Shown: positions 36,466-45,299 of the stretch, piece by piece
Position numbering within the stretch: position 1 is the first letter of the stretch
Layout: the number at the start of each line of letters is the position of its first letter
Source of the DNA: Candidatus Latescibacterota bacterium
GTDB taxonomy: Bacteria; Latescibacterota; UBA2968
Length of the DNA: 64,000 nt
Direction of reading: 5' to 3'
Assembly: GCA_965116885.1 (NCBI GenBank)
Contig: OZ220741.1
Location: 4,096,001-4,160,000, forward strand
The notes under the pieces: generated by a model
What the model saw: only the letters and a program-made list of their open reading frames with translations
Databases searched by the model: none
What the model was told of the DNA's origin: nothing
Translations under genes and position numbers: made by a program

Positions 36466-37085
36466 ATGCTCTGTTGAGACATACTTTCGCTACCCGAATC
36501 AATCACTGGTTGATGGCTGCGTGTATGATTGCCCTGCTGCTGACTGGTTTTTTGCCGATTTTGGGAATCAAGTTTGCGTGGGTGACGCTGCACTGGGTTT
36601 CTGGGGTGATTTTTACCGCTTCTGTTTTGTTTCACGTTATTTACGCTCTGACCCGGCAAGACTGGCGGTCTATGTGGATCGCAAGAGGAGAATTTGCAGA
36701 TGTTCTTTCCTCGCTGTCGGGTTCGATCAAGGCTTTGAAAGTGTCGCCCGGCAAATACTGGCTGATGCAAAAGATTTATCACCATATTGTGGCGATTATG
36801 AGTCTGATTGTCTGTGTGACGGGTATTTTGATGTTGTTTAAAATTGATTCGCCTTTCTGGACGCGCGATCCTTATGTTTTTTCAGGTGAAAGCTGGGGTA
36901 TTATTTATGTTTTGCACGATTTTTCGGGTCTGTGTTTTATTCCGCTGATTATGATGCATGTTTATTTTGCGATACGGCCCGAGAAACTTTTTTATACGCG
37001 ATCGATGATTAAAGGATGGATTACAGACGAGGAATATCGCGCACATCACGATCCAGAGAAGTGGGTTGCAAAAAGAAAGGGCTGA
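36462..37085 (+). CDS. Cytochrome b subunit (FdnI/Ni-hydrogenase b-type fold)
   Basis: RH....RINHW, LHW..G, GKY...QK, LHD, MHVYFA, SMIKGWI..E....H; four TMs. Confidence 0.85.
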   Translation: MNALLRHTFATRINHWLMAACMIALLLTGFLPILGIKFAWVTLHWVSGVIFTASVLFHVIYALTRQDWRSMWIARGEFADVLSSLSGSIKALKVSPGKYWLMQKIYHHIVAIMSLIVCVTGILMLFKIDSPFWTRDPYVFSGESWGIIYVLHDFSGLCFIPLIMMHVYFAIRPEKLFYTRSMIKGWITDEEYRAHHDPEKWVAKRKG

Positions 37086-37092
37086 TCAACGA

Positions 37093-37473
37093 ATGGCAGA
37101 TGTTTTCTCAGAGTGGGCGCAACATATTGAAGCGATTGAGTCGGGTTATGAATTGATGCTGGCTTATGCCGCACAGGGTATAGAGGGAGACGATGATCCT
37201 GACTCGCAGATTCGACGCGTGCTAAAAGAGATGAATAACGCGCTCGATAATCTGGGAGAGTCTGCAGCGTGCATCGCAGAAGATAGGGGACTTGTGGATT
37301 ATCGGGATTTTTTAGACGCGATGAATGCCGATGCGAAAAGAGCACAGGCGGGCATTCATCTCGTGCTGGGCAAACCCGCCATCAGTTCCCAGTTGATTGA
37401 CAACTTAAATGCCTCTATCCATTTGCGCGCACTGCTGACCGATCTGTTTTTGATTGATGAGGCTTTGAAATAA
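37093..37473 (+). CDS. Helical hypothetical protein in the molybdoenzyme operon
   Basis: IEAIESGYELMLAYAAQG...NLNASIHLRALLTDLFLIDE; closely spaced to the cytochrome b gene. Confidence 0.7.
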   Translation: MADVFSEWAQHIEAIESGYELMLAYAAQGIEGDDDPDSQIRRVLKEMNNALDNLGESAACIAEDRGLVDYRDFLDAMNADAKRAQAGIHLVLGKPAISSQLIDNLNASIHLRALLTDLFLIDEALK

Positions 37474-37475
37474 TT

Positions 37476-39986
37476 ATGGTTCAAATTCTACGTAAGGATC
37501 ATCCCCGGCTGTATCATCCCGCTGATGATCCGGATTACAGATTCGAGCCGCCGGAGGATGCGGCGCGAAAACGAATCCTTAAGAATATTCTCGCAGATTG
37601 CGAGATTTTTTATTTTCAGCGTCCGTGGAAACGAATTCCCGAACGGCCGCACAGCCCGCATCCGTACCACCAGCTATACCTGACGTTTTACACGGGAATG
37701 CACGCAACTGCGCTGATAGAGCATTACGCGTTCGCCTGGCGGCTGACGGGGGATCCGCGCTGGTTGAAACGGGCGAGAGAATGGTTGCGCGCGGCGGGGG
37801 AATGGGAGCATAGTGACCGGGTAGAAGAGCATTTTTATACCGCCAACCGATATATGCAGGCGTTTGCGCTGGCGCTGGATCTGCTCGACAAAGCGTTGCC
37901 CGACGTAGAAAAAAAACGGGCGACCGCGTGTCTGGTTCAGATGATGAACCGCTGGTGGCCGGATGTGGAGCGGAGCAGATACTCATCGGATGGACGACAC
38001 CACGCCGTGGTTGACAACGGGCATTTTGGCGTGGCGGCTTTGTATTTGTTGGGAAAACATCCCGATGCAGAAGCCTGGATATCGGCGGTGATTGACCGGT
38101 TTCGCAGCGGGGTGATGCCCTATGGCTGCGGGCGAGACGGCGCACCGGGCGACGGGCCTGCGTTCTGGCCGTGGGAAAATTTGTGGATGCTTCACTTCGC
38201 CGATGCGCTGCGCAACGTGACGGGGGAAGATCTGTATGAGGCGTTTCCGAAACGACTGGAGCGGCCTCTGACGTGGTTTCGATATCATCTGGCACCGCCG
38301 AAAGTGATCGAAGACAGGCTGTATTATCCGGAAAATTCAAATGTGATTTCGGGTAGCCAGATAGATGCGTGTTCGGTGACCTTGCTGCGGCTGGCGCAGG
38401 AGGCTGGGGACGCCGAACTGCGGGACGTAGCACTTGGCGATCCGAGGCTGGGACGGCTCTACCGGTTTGGGATGGGCGTGAAGGGTACAACGGCAGAGTG
38501 CATGATCGCATACGCTCCGTACGCTTATTGTTATTATGATCCTGAGTTTCAGGGGTCGAGTCGCAAGATTGTATTGCCGCTTTCAAGAAAATTTACCCGA
38601 ATGCACTACGGGGAGACTGGATTGCTGCGCAGTGGATGGGACAGGGGCGATGTGGTCTGTTGTGTGTCCGGATACAAAGGCGGGAGCGCACATGGGTTTA
38701 TGAATTTACACGTACAATGGGCCGGATATCCGATTTTGAAGACGATTTCCGCAGAAGAGGCCCAGCCGGTGGCCTGTGGGAGTCTCCCGTTCACAGGCGG
38801 GCAAAACGAGATCGTGGCGTTTCTGCGGCGGTCAGATACCGCAGCTTCGTTCGAACGGTTGCGCGTTCGGTCCATTCGAACGGATCATGAATACTGGCTG
38901 CTGAAAGGGACTTTTCCGATCCTTGTAATAGCACTGAGACGTCGGAGGCGTGGTGTAAGAGTGATGCGGAAGTGGGGAGAGAGATCCGTGCGATTGAATG
39001 GCCGTGATTATCTGCAGTACGAAAGAGCACCTTATTTTAATCCCAGAGCAGGTGAATTGCGAATGCGCTTCCGGTTAAACGGCGAGAGGAAAAAAGAAGG
39101 GCCAGAAGTTTTGTTTAATACGGGAATCGGCGTGGGAAGAATCATGGGAAGCCGGGTAAATAATTATTCGCTGGCAATAATGGACGGGGACGCGCTGACA
39201 TTTGTTGTGCAGAGCCAGCGGAATACGTCGGTGGAGGTCGTCTCATCGGTGAAAATTGAACCTGGCAGGTGGTACGATGCGGTTATCCGATGGGGTGGGT
39301 TCAACCGGTCGGGAGATAATCCGTTTATTGAAATTGAGGTGGATGGGTGCAGGAACAGATGTGATGACCGCGCGATTTTCGGTGAATTGGGGCTGGATTC
39401 ACAGAATCTGCAGTCGCGTGCGGAACCGAGGACGTTTTACATCAAATCGAATACGGTACTGGCGTTTGGGGGCGCAGTGCAGATGCCCGGGACAGGGGTA
39501 AAATGCGATCTTGACAGGGTAGATCTGAAATGTCCGGGGCGCAAGCAGTTGCTGTTGGATTTTGAGACGGACCTGGGGCCGGAAACCGGAAGTGGCGCGT
39601 TGGGCTGGAAGTTGAATCCGGTAGATTTGAGACGGGTCCTGGCAAAACAGGCGCGTTTTGGTGCAGGTGGGCGGTCTATTGATGCGTTGCTCCTGTATGG
39701 AGAAGATGCCTTTTTTGAGAAGGAGGAGGTGCCTTTCGCGCCTTCTGGGCTGGCGGCGGGGAGTTTGACGAGTTTTATCCCAGGGGCGCGGGATGCCAAC
39801 ATGCGGGTGCAGCTATCGACTCTCGGAGATATGCTGGTTTTTGCTTTTGTAGAGCATCAGGCGAATGTGCGGGTGATAGAGGATGAGAATGGGTTCGAGA
39901 TTGGCGTTGGGAAAGAGCGGTACGGGTTTGACGTGAATATGAAGGGAGAAGAGATCCTCACCCTGCGCTCAGCCGTAACGGAGTAA
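37476..39986 (+). CDS. Heparinase II/III- or alginate-lyase-like alpha-toroid protein with a LamG-like insert
   Basis: AFAWRLTGDPRW..RA..WL, DG...DG..FW, LRSGW; later IEPGRWY.....W and IEVDG LamG-like strands. Confidence 0.55.
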   Translation: MVQILRKDHPRLYHPADDPDYRFEPPEDAARKRILKNILADCEIFYFQRPWKRIPERPHSPHPYHQLYLTFYTGMHATALIEHYAFAWRLTGDPRWLKRAREWLRAAGEWEHSDRVEEHFYTANRYMQAFALALDLLDKALPDVEKKRATACLVQMMNRWWPDVERSRYSSDGRHHAVVDNGHFGVAALYLLGKHPDAEAWISAVIDRFRSGVMPYGCGRDGAPGDGPAFWPWENLWMLHFADALRNVTGEDLYEAFPKRLERPLTWFRYHLAPPKVIEDRLYYPENSNVISGSQIDACSVTLLRLAQEAGDAELRDVALGDPRLGRLYRFGMGVKGTTAECMIAYAPYAYCYYDPEFQGSSRKIVLPLSRKFTRMHYGETGLLRSGWDRGDVVCCVSGYKGGSAHGFMNLHVQWAGYPILKTISAEEAQPVACGSLPFTGGQNEIVAFLRRSDTAASFERLRVRSIRTDHEYWLLKGTFPILVIALRRRRRGVRVMRKWGERSVRLNGRDYLQYERAPYFNPRAGELRMRFRLNGERKKEGPEVLFNTGIGVGRIMGSRVNNYSLAIMDGDALTFVVQSQRNTSVEVVSSVKIEPGRWYDAVIRWGGFNRSGDNPFIEIEVDGCRNRCDDRAIFGELGLDSQNLQSRAEPRTFYIKSNTVLAFGGAVQMPGTGVKCDLDRVDLKCPGRKQLLLDFETDLGPETGSGALGWKLNPVDLRRVLAKQARFGAGGRSIDALLLYGEDAFFEKEEVPFAPSGLAAGSLTSFIPGARDANMRVQLSTLGDMLVFAFVEHQANVRVIEDENGFEIGVGKERYGFDVNMKGEEILTLRSAVTE

Positions 39987-39988
39987 CT

Positions 39989-40019
39989 AAAGGTCGTGAC
40001 CTGACTCACGGCCTTTTTT
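39989..40019. terminator. Terminator between convergent genes
   Basis: AAAGGTCGTGA / TCACGGCCTTT then T run. Confidence 0.75.
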
Positions 40020-40031
40020 GAGTGTAGCCTA

Positions 40032-40862
40032 TCAGGGGCACTCGCCGCGTGTGAGTCTGCTCTGGATGTCGTCTAATACAGCAGGCACATCCCAGATGCC
40101 ATCGACGACATAGTGTGCGCCGGACTGATGCATGCGCTGATATACGGCTTCGAGTTGTGTTTGCAGTACTTCGGGATCAAGGCGGTTGATTTCTTCTTCG
40201 TTTAGACCGATTTCATTCCCTGTTTTTGCAAGTCCAATAGTCCACATGCCAGCGTTGAGGCCCTCTTCGATGCCGGGGATCGTATCATCGACTTTGACAC
40301 AGGCTGCAAAGGGATACACACCCAGTTGCATGGCATTTTGCACACACATCCACGGTGCTGGGCGGCCTTCGGGAACGTCGGTTGCACACACGGTTGCGTC
40401 GGGTTCATAACCGCGTTTTTTGGCTTCTTCCTGCAATAGAGCCATCATTTCGCCTGTATATCCGGTGGTTGATCCTATTTTTAATCCGCGCTTGCGAAAC
40501 TCGGCAACGGCTTCCAGTGTACCGGGAATTAGATCGGCGTATTCAGCCAGACAACTCAGTTGCAAGGGCACAAATGCTTCAAACATCGCATTGATATCCG
40601 ATTCCTCCGGTGGTCGATTGTAGGTATCTTCCCAGCGCTGGTGTACAGATTCGATTTGAGATATTTTGCGGATGTGGACTTTTTTATGCGCTCCCATTGG
40701 CGCACGCGCCTCGGCGATGCTGATAGGTACTCGCATGCGTTCGTACACCTGGCGGAAGACTACGGCGGGCGCGTAACATCCGTAATCCATCGTGGTTCCC
40801 GCCCAATCTAACAAAATGGCTTTTAACGCACCGCGATATGTACGTCGAAAATAAAAATCCAT
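40032..40862 (-). CDS. phnX: Phosphonoacetaldehyde hydrolase (phosphonatase)
   Basis: DWAGTTMDYG (Asp nucleophile), PMGAHKKVHI (Schiff-base Lys), GSTTGY, GRPAPWM, KVDDT, SGAHYVVD. Confidence 0.95.
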   Translation of the reverse strand: MDFYFRRTYRGALKAILLDWAGTTMDYGCYAPAVVFRQVYERMRVPISIAEARAPMGAHKKVHIRKISQIESVHQRWEDTYNRPPEESDINAMFEAFVPLQLSCLAEYADLIPGTLEAVAEFRKRGLKIGSTTGYTGEMMALLQEEAKKRGYEPDATVCATDVPEGRPAPWMCVQNAMQLGVYPFAACVKVDDTIPGIEEGLNAGMWTIGLAKTGNEIGLNEEEINRLDPEVLQTQLEAVYQRMHQSGAHYVVDGIWDVPAVLDDIQSRLTRGECP

Positions 40863-40894
40863 TTTCTGTCCTTTCTGATTTATTGGTGAAATGA

Positions 40895-42043
40895 GTGAAT
40901 CATCTCGTGAAACAGATTACTTGTATGGCACCCGGGGCTATTGAGACTGTGGAGTCTTTGTTAGATGACAGAGCCGTACGGTCTGTTTTTATTGTGGCTG
41001 ATCGCACAGCCTACGATGAATCCGGTGCAAAAATGTATATAGAATCCGCATTACAGGGGCGCGTCCAGGCCATCTTTAATGATTTCGCGCCCAATCCCAA
41101 ATACGCCGATGTGATACGCGGTGTCAAATTCTGGCACGCACATCCATGTGATATAATGATTGCTATAGGTGGCGGGTCTGCAATTGATATGGCCAAGCTC
41201 ATTGGCATTTGCGGTACACATCGCGGACAATACCGCGAACTTCTCACAGGGAATATACCGATTCGGGATAAGGTCGCACCATTAATCGCCATTCCCACCA
41301 CAGCGGGTACGGGGAGTGAAGCGACGCATTTTGCTGTGGTTTATGTCGGGGAACAAAAATATTCCGTTGCACATGCCAATGTGCTGCCCGACTACGCAAT
41401 TATCGATTCCAATCTGACGGCCAATTTGCCAGCTTCTATCACCGCACATACTGGCCTGGACGCACTGTCACAGGCTGTTGAATCTTTGTGGAGTGTGAAT
41501 GCAACCGCGCAATCGCGTATTTTTGCAAGTGAAGCCCTGACGCTGGTGCTCGATAATCTCGAGGCCGCTGTTCACCGTCCCACACCCGATGTGCGCGCCA
41601 ATATGTGTCGCGCAGCCCATCTATCGGGCAAAGCGATCAATATCAGCAAGACCACAGCGCCTCACGCGATTTCCTATACGCTTACATCTCAATTTGGCGT
41701 GCCTCACGGTTTGGCTGTGGCTCTGACATTGGGGGCAGTTTTAATATACAACAATGGGGTAACCCGTGGTGATTGTTGGCATCCCAAAGGTGTTGCTCAA
41801 GTTCAGAAAGACATCAGAGACATCAACAGGCTGATAGGGGTTGCGAGCTCTGAAGAAGCGCGAAAACACATTGACGGTCTCATCAGCGCCATTGGTTGTC
41901 CAACCCACCTGCGACAGGTCGGCGTGGATACCGATGCAGACCTGGAAATACTTGTGCAGAATGTCAATACAGAACGTCTAAAAAACAATCCCCGCGCCCT
42001 GTCGGAGTTTGAGTTAAGACGAATACTCAAAGAAATCCATTAG
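40895..42043 (+). CDS. Group III iron-containing alcohol dehydrogenase, phosphonoacetaldehyde reductase/HEP dehydrogenase type
   Basis: GGGSAIDMAK, IPTTAGTGSEAT, DALSQAVES, TTAPHAISY..T...GVPHG, ERLKNNP; alternative start ATG 40925. Confidence 0.78.
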   Translation: MNHLVKQITCMAPGAIETVESLLDDRAVRSVFIVADRTAYDESGAKMYIESALQGRVQAIFNDFAPNPKYADVIRGVKFWHAHPCDIMIAIGGGSAIDMAKLIGICGTHRGQYRELLTGNIPIRDKVAPLIAIPTTAGTGSEATHFAVVYVGEQKYSVAHANVLPDYAIIDSNLTANLPASITAHTGLDALSQAVESLWSVNATAQSRIFASEALTLVLDNLEAAVHRPTPDVRANMCRAAHLSGKAINISKTTAPHAISYTLTSQFGVPHGLAVALTLGAVLIYNNGVTRGDCWHPKGVAQVQKDIRDINRLIGVASSEEARKHIDGLISAIGCPTHLRQVGVDTDADLEILVQNVNTERLKNNPRALSEFELRRILKEIH

Positions 42044-42131
42044 AGGTATTACGGCAGAGGCTTTAAGAGAGGTTGAGACAACACACGCTCACCAGATACG
42101 GTCACTCCGAACAACGGGTAAGATACGCCTT

Positions 42132-43535
42132 TTATACTGTAAATTCCGGTCGGCCGAGGGCATCGGTGGAGTTTTGGCGCTGGTAGATGGGGATTTCACC
42201 GCTGGCATCTTCGAGAATGCGGCGTTTTGCCCGTTCGATTCTCTCTGCGGCTCTTTCGGCGATGTTCTGGGTGCAGCCCGGGTCTGATTCCAGGTCGAAG
42301 ACGCGAGGCCCAGAAAAGTCTGCCTGAGAAAAGAACCATGTGGTCTGGTCTTTGTACCAGACGGAATTGCCGTATCGGCATGTCAGATAGTCTCGCTCGC
42401 TGAATGTGCCCGAGGATTCAACGATGGGTAGCAGGCTCTGTCCGCCGATTTCTCCGATTGGTGCGACGCCGGCAATATCGAGCACTGTTGCGGGTATGTC
42501 GAGGGTATAGACAAAGGCGTCGGAGATGGTTCCGGCGCCTTTGTCTTGTGGATGTCGCAAGATCATCGGGATGCACATGGTGCCCGGATACATGTAGTCT
42601 GCGGGTTTGCCGATTATGCCTTCGGTATTGTCGGCGAAATTTGTGCCGTGGTCGCTGAGAAAAATGACCATGGTATTGTCTCGCAAGCCCACTCTGTCAA
42701 TTGTATCGACCAATCGTCCAAACCAGGTATCCACCATTGTGACGAGTCCGGCATAATTGGCGCGAATAGAAGCGAGCCGATCGCCGTAGTCGGGATTGGC
42801 GCTCAAGGGACCATAAGGCACGTTGAGACAGATGGGTACTCTATCTTCTCGGCTACCATACAGGTCGTAGTAGTGGAGCGGTGCTTCCCATGTTTCGTGG
42901 GGGGTAAAGCTATCGACGTAGAGGTAAAAGGGCGTGTTTGAAGCGTTTTGCTCCAGAAACTCAATGGCAGCGCGAAACGTCCTCGCTGCGGGCCATGTCT
43001 CTTCGGGACGCTGGGGTTGCACATTGACCAGATGGGCGCGGATCAGGTTCTCGGCCTGTCCCTTTCGGAGTTTATAGCATCCGATCAATGCCGGGTCCGC
43101 TGCGGCTATGGCGCGATAGCGGTCCTCTGCCTGGCCGCGAATGAATTGCCATTGGCGGAAGCCCCGCGTAAAATTCATTCCAGGGACAAAGTAATGGGGG
43201 ACATCGGCAAAGAATCCGGTGTGATAACCAGCCTGCACGAGGGCTTCGGCGATTGTACCTTCATCACCCGACATGGGCTGCCATCCGGCGAGATAGACAT
43301 TGTCCCAGGGAACGGGGGTATAGTCTTTGAAGGGGAAGGCTCGGCGCCCGGTGTGAAGGGTTCGCCGCGTCGGAATGGTGGGCAGACACTCGGGATGGGC
43401 ATTGGTGAAGCGCACGCCTTCTTGGGCAAATTGGTCGAGGTTCGGCGTGTGGATCCAGTCGTTTCCATAAGCACCCAGGAATGATGTGCGAAATGTATCG
43501 GCTACGATGACGACAATGTTCATAGGGTCTGACAT
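42132..43535 (-). CDS. Sulfatase-fold (alkaline phosphatase superfamily) hydrolase with Thr in the nucleophile position
   Basis: IVADT, TPNLD, TIPTRRTLHTG in place of CxPxR....TG, PHETW, SDHG. Confidence 0.85.
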   Translation of the reverse strand: MSDPMNIVVIVADTFRTSFLGAYGNDWIHTPNLDQFAQEGVRFTNAHPECLPTIPTRRTLHTGRRAFPFKDYTPVPWDNVYLAGWQPMSGDEGTIAEALVQAGYHTGFFADVPHYFVPGMNFTRGFRQWQFIRGQAEDRYRAIAAADPALIGCYKLRKGQAENLIRAHLVNVQPQRPEETWPAARTFRAAIEFLEQNASNTPFYLYVDSFTPHETWEAPLHYYDLYGSREDRVPICLNVPYGPLSANPDYGDRLASIRANYAGLVTMVDTWFGRLVDTIDRVGLRDNTMVIFLSDHGTNFADNTEGIIGKPADYMYPGTMCIPMILRHPQDKGAGTISDAFVYTLDIPATVLDIAGVAPIGEIGGQSLLPIVESSGTFSERDYLTCRYGNSVWYKDQTTWFFSQADFSGPRVFDLESDPGCTQNIAERAAERIERAKRRILEDASGEIPIYQRQNSTDALGRPEFTV

Positions 43536-43583
43536 TGAGAATTCTCCTTTGGAAAGAGCTGCGTGTAAAAGTGTTAAAACTGT

Positions 43584-44621
43584 TTATCCAGGTGTATTTG
43601 GTTCATTTCCCCAGGGGAATGATTCCACTCGTAGAAATCGGTCCACATCTGACAGGGCGATTTTCGCACCCCTTTGTTTTGAGGAGTGGTGGATGGCAAA
43701 TCCGATCTCTGTGGCTCTGCGCGCATGATTGATGTCACAGGCCGTGCGATTACCCGTTTTAATAGCTTGCACGAGGTCGCGCACCATTGCAGGTCCCGTC
43801 GGCCACGGGTCTTCGTCTGTGGGAAGGCTGAGGGACTGGTACACATCTTCTCGACAAAAATAGGCCTGTGTTGCGTCAGAGAGAATGGATAGATGACCTT
43901 TTGTTCCAGTGATTTGAAAACTGGGGCCTTTGCCGCCATCCATTGTGATATAGGCGACTACATCGTTATCCAGACCAATTTGAGCACGTGCAGGCGGGTC
44001 GAGTTTGCGGCGTTCATCGTCCGAATCGCCGTGGTCAATCAGACCGCTGATCCATAAGGGTTCGGGATCGCCCAATAAGCCCAGCAAGGCGTCGTACCAA
44101 TGACAACCGTGGTTGATGGTGTTGGGTAGGCCATAAGCGACGAGACTCGTGATGGTTCCGATCAGATCGCTCATGTTCTCGCGAAGGTGGCGATAGGGGA
44201 GAGACCAGCGCCGGTCAAGGCCAAAGCAGAGGGGGATGTCTGCACACGCAGATATAATGCGATCCATTTCTGCAAGAGTGGTGGTCAGAGGCTTGTCGCA
44301 GAGGATACCCCGAACGCCTGCTGCGGCAGCGCCTTCAATCTGATCGGCGTGCATGGTCTGGCGCGTGGCAATGCAGAGTACATCTGGTTTGATCTCTTTG
44401 AGCATGTGTTGATAGTTCCCAAAGGCTGGGATATCGCCCCAAACGTCTCGCCAGCAGGTGACAAATTCCGCTCGCGTTTCCGCGCCGTAATCGAATACAC
44501 CAACGATCTCAGTTTCCGGAATGGCTCGAAAAGCCGCGGCAAAATTGTGATGGGTCAAATCGTGTAGCAGCATGCGGTGGCAGCCCGCAATGGCGACTCT
44601 CAGTGTATTTTTTTTAGCCAT
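43584..44621 (-). CDS. Gfo/Idh/MocA family oxidoreductase
   Basis: Rossmann N-terminus, ILCDKP, HGCHWYD. Confidence 0.85.
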   Translation of the reverse strand: MAKKNTLRVAIAGCHRMLLHDLTHHNFAAAFRAIPETEIVGVFDYGAETRAEFVTCWRDVWGDIPAFGNYQHMLKEIKPDVLCIATRQTMHADQIEGAAAAGVRGILCDKPLTTTLAEMDRIISACADIPLCFGLDRRWSLPYRHLRENMSDLIGTITSLVAYGLPNTINHGCHWYDALLGLLGDPEPLWISGLIDHGDSDDERRKLDPPARAQIGLDNDVVAYITMDGGKGPSFQITGTKGHLSILSDATQAYFCREDVYQSLSLPTDEDPWPTGPAMVRDLVQAIKTGNRTACDINHARRATEIGFAIHHSSKQRGAKIALSDVDRFLRVESFPWGNEPNTPG

Positions 44622-44810
44622 CTCAATGGCCCTCCTGTAAACGTATTTTACGTATCGAAATCCAAAGTAATATATCCCGCAACAAGAGTAAAGAACTGAA
44701 ACACCGTAAATGCCAAACGAGATTCAGGACTTGCTCCACCCATGATTTTGCTTATTTTTGTACGCGATATATTTCAGAAGTAATCACCTCAATATTTGGA
44801 GTGTTATAAT

Positions 44811-45251
44811 ATGGCAGTTAAACAGTTTGAACCCAGAGAAGCAAAAACCGCGATGGATGAAGCGGAAAACTCGGTTTATCTCGATGTGCGCACGGAAATG
44901 GAGTTTGCCCAGGGGCATCCCGAGGGTGCTGTCAATATCCCCATTGCAGTTCCCGGCCCGGGGGGAATGGTACCAAATCCCGATTTTTTGACTGTTGTGC
45001 AAAAAACACTGCCCGATAAAGAACAGCCTATTTTTTGTGGCTGCCAGAGCGGGATGCGTTCCCAGATGGCTGCGGATTTGATGGCGCGGTTGGGGTATTC
45101 AAATTTGGCCAATGTTCAGGGCGGCTTTGGCGGAAAAGTCGAAAATGGCGTTCTCGTCGTGGTGGGATGGCGCGATTCCAATTTGCCTGTCGAAACCGAT
45201 GTCAATGATTCCAACTCTTATGCGAGTATTAAAGCGCGGGCAGAGTCGTAG
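44811..45251 (+). CDS. Rhodanese-like domain protein
   Basis: LDVRTEMEF..GHPEGAVNIP, CQSGMRS, NVQGGF. Confidence 0.9.
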   Translation: MAVKQFEPREAKTAMDEAENSVYLDVRTEMEFAQGHPEGAVNIPIAVPGPGGMVPNPDFLTVVQKTLPDKEQPIFCGCQSGMRSQMAADLMARLGYSNLANVQGGFGGKVENGVLVVVGWRDSNLPVETDVNDSNSYASIKARAES

Positions 45252-45299
45252 AGAATTGTTAGAACACACAAAACCATCAGGTGTTTCATTTGATGGAAA

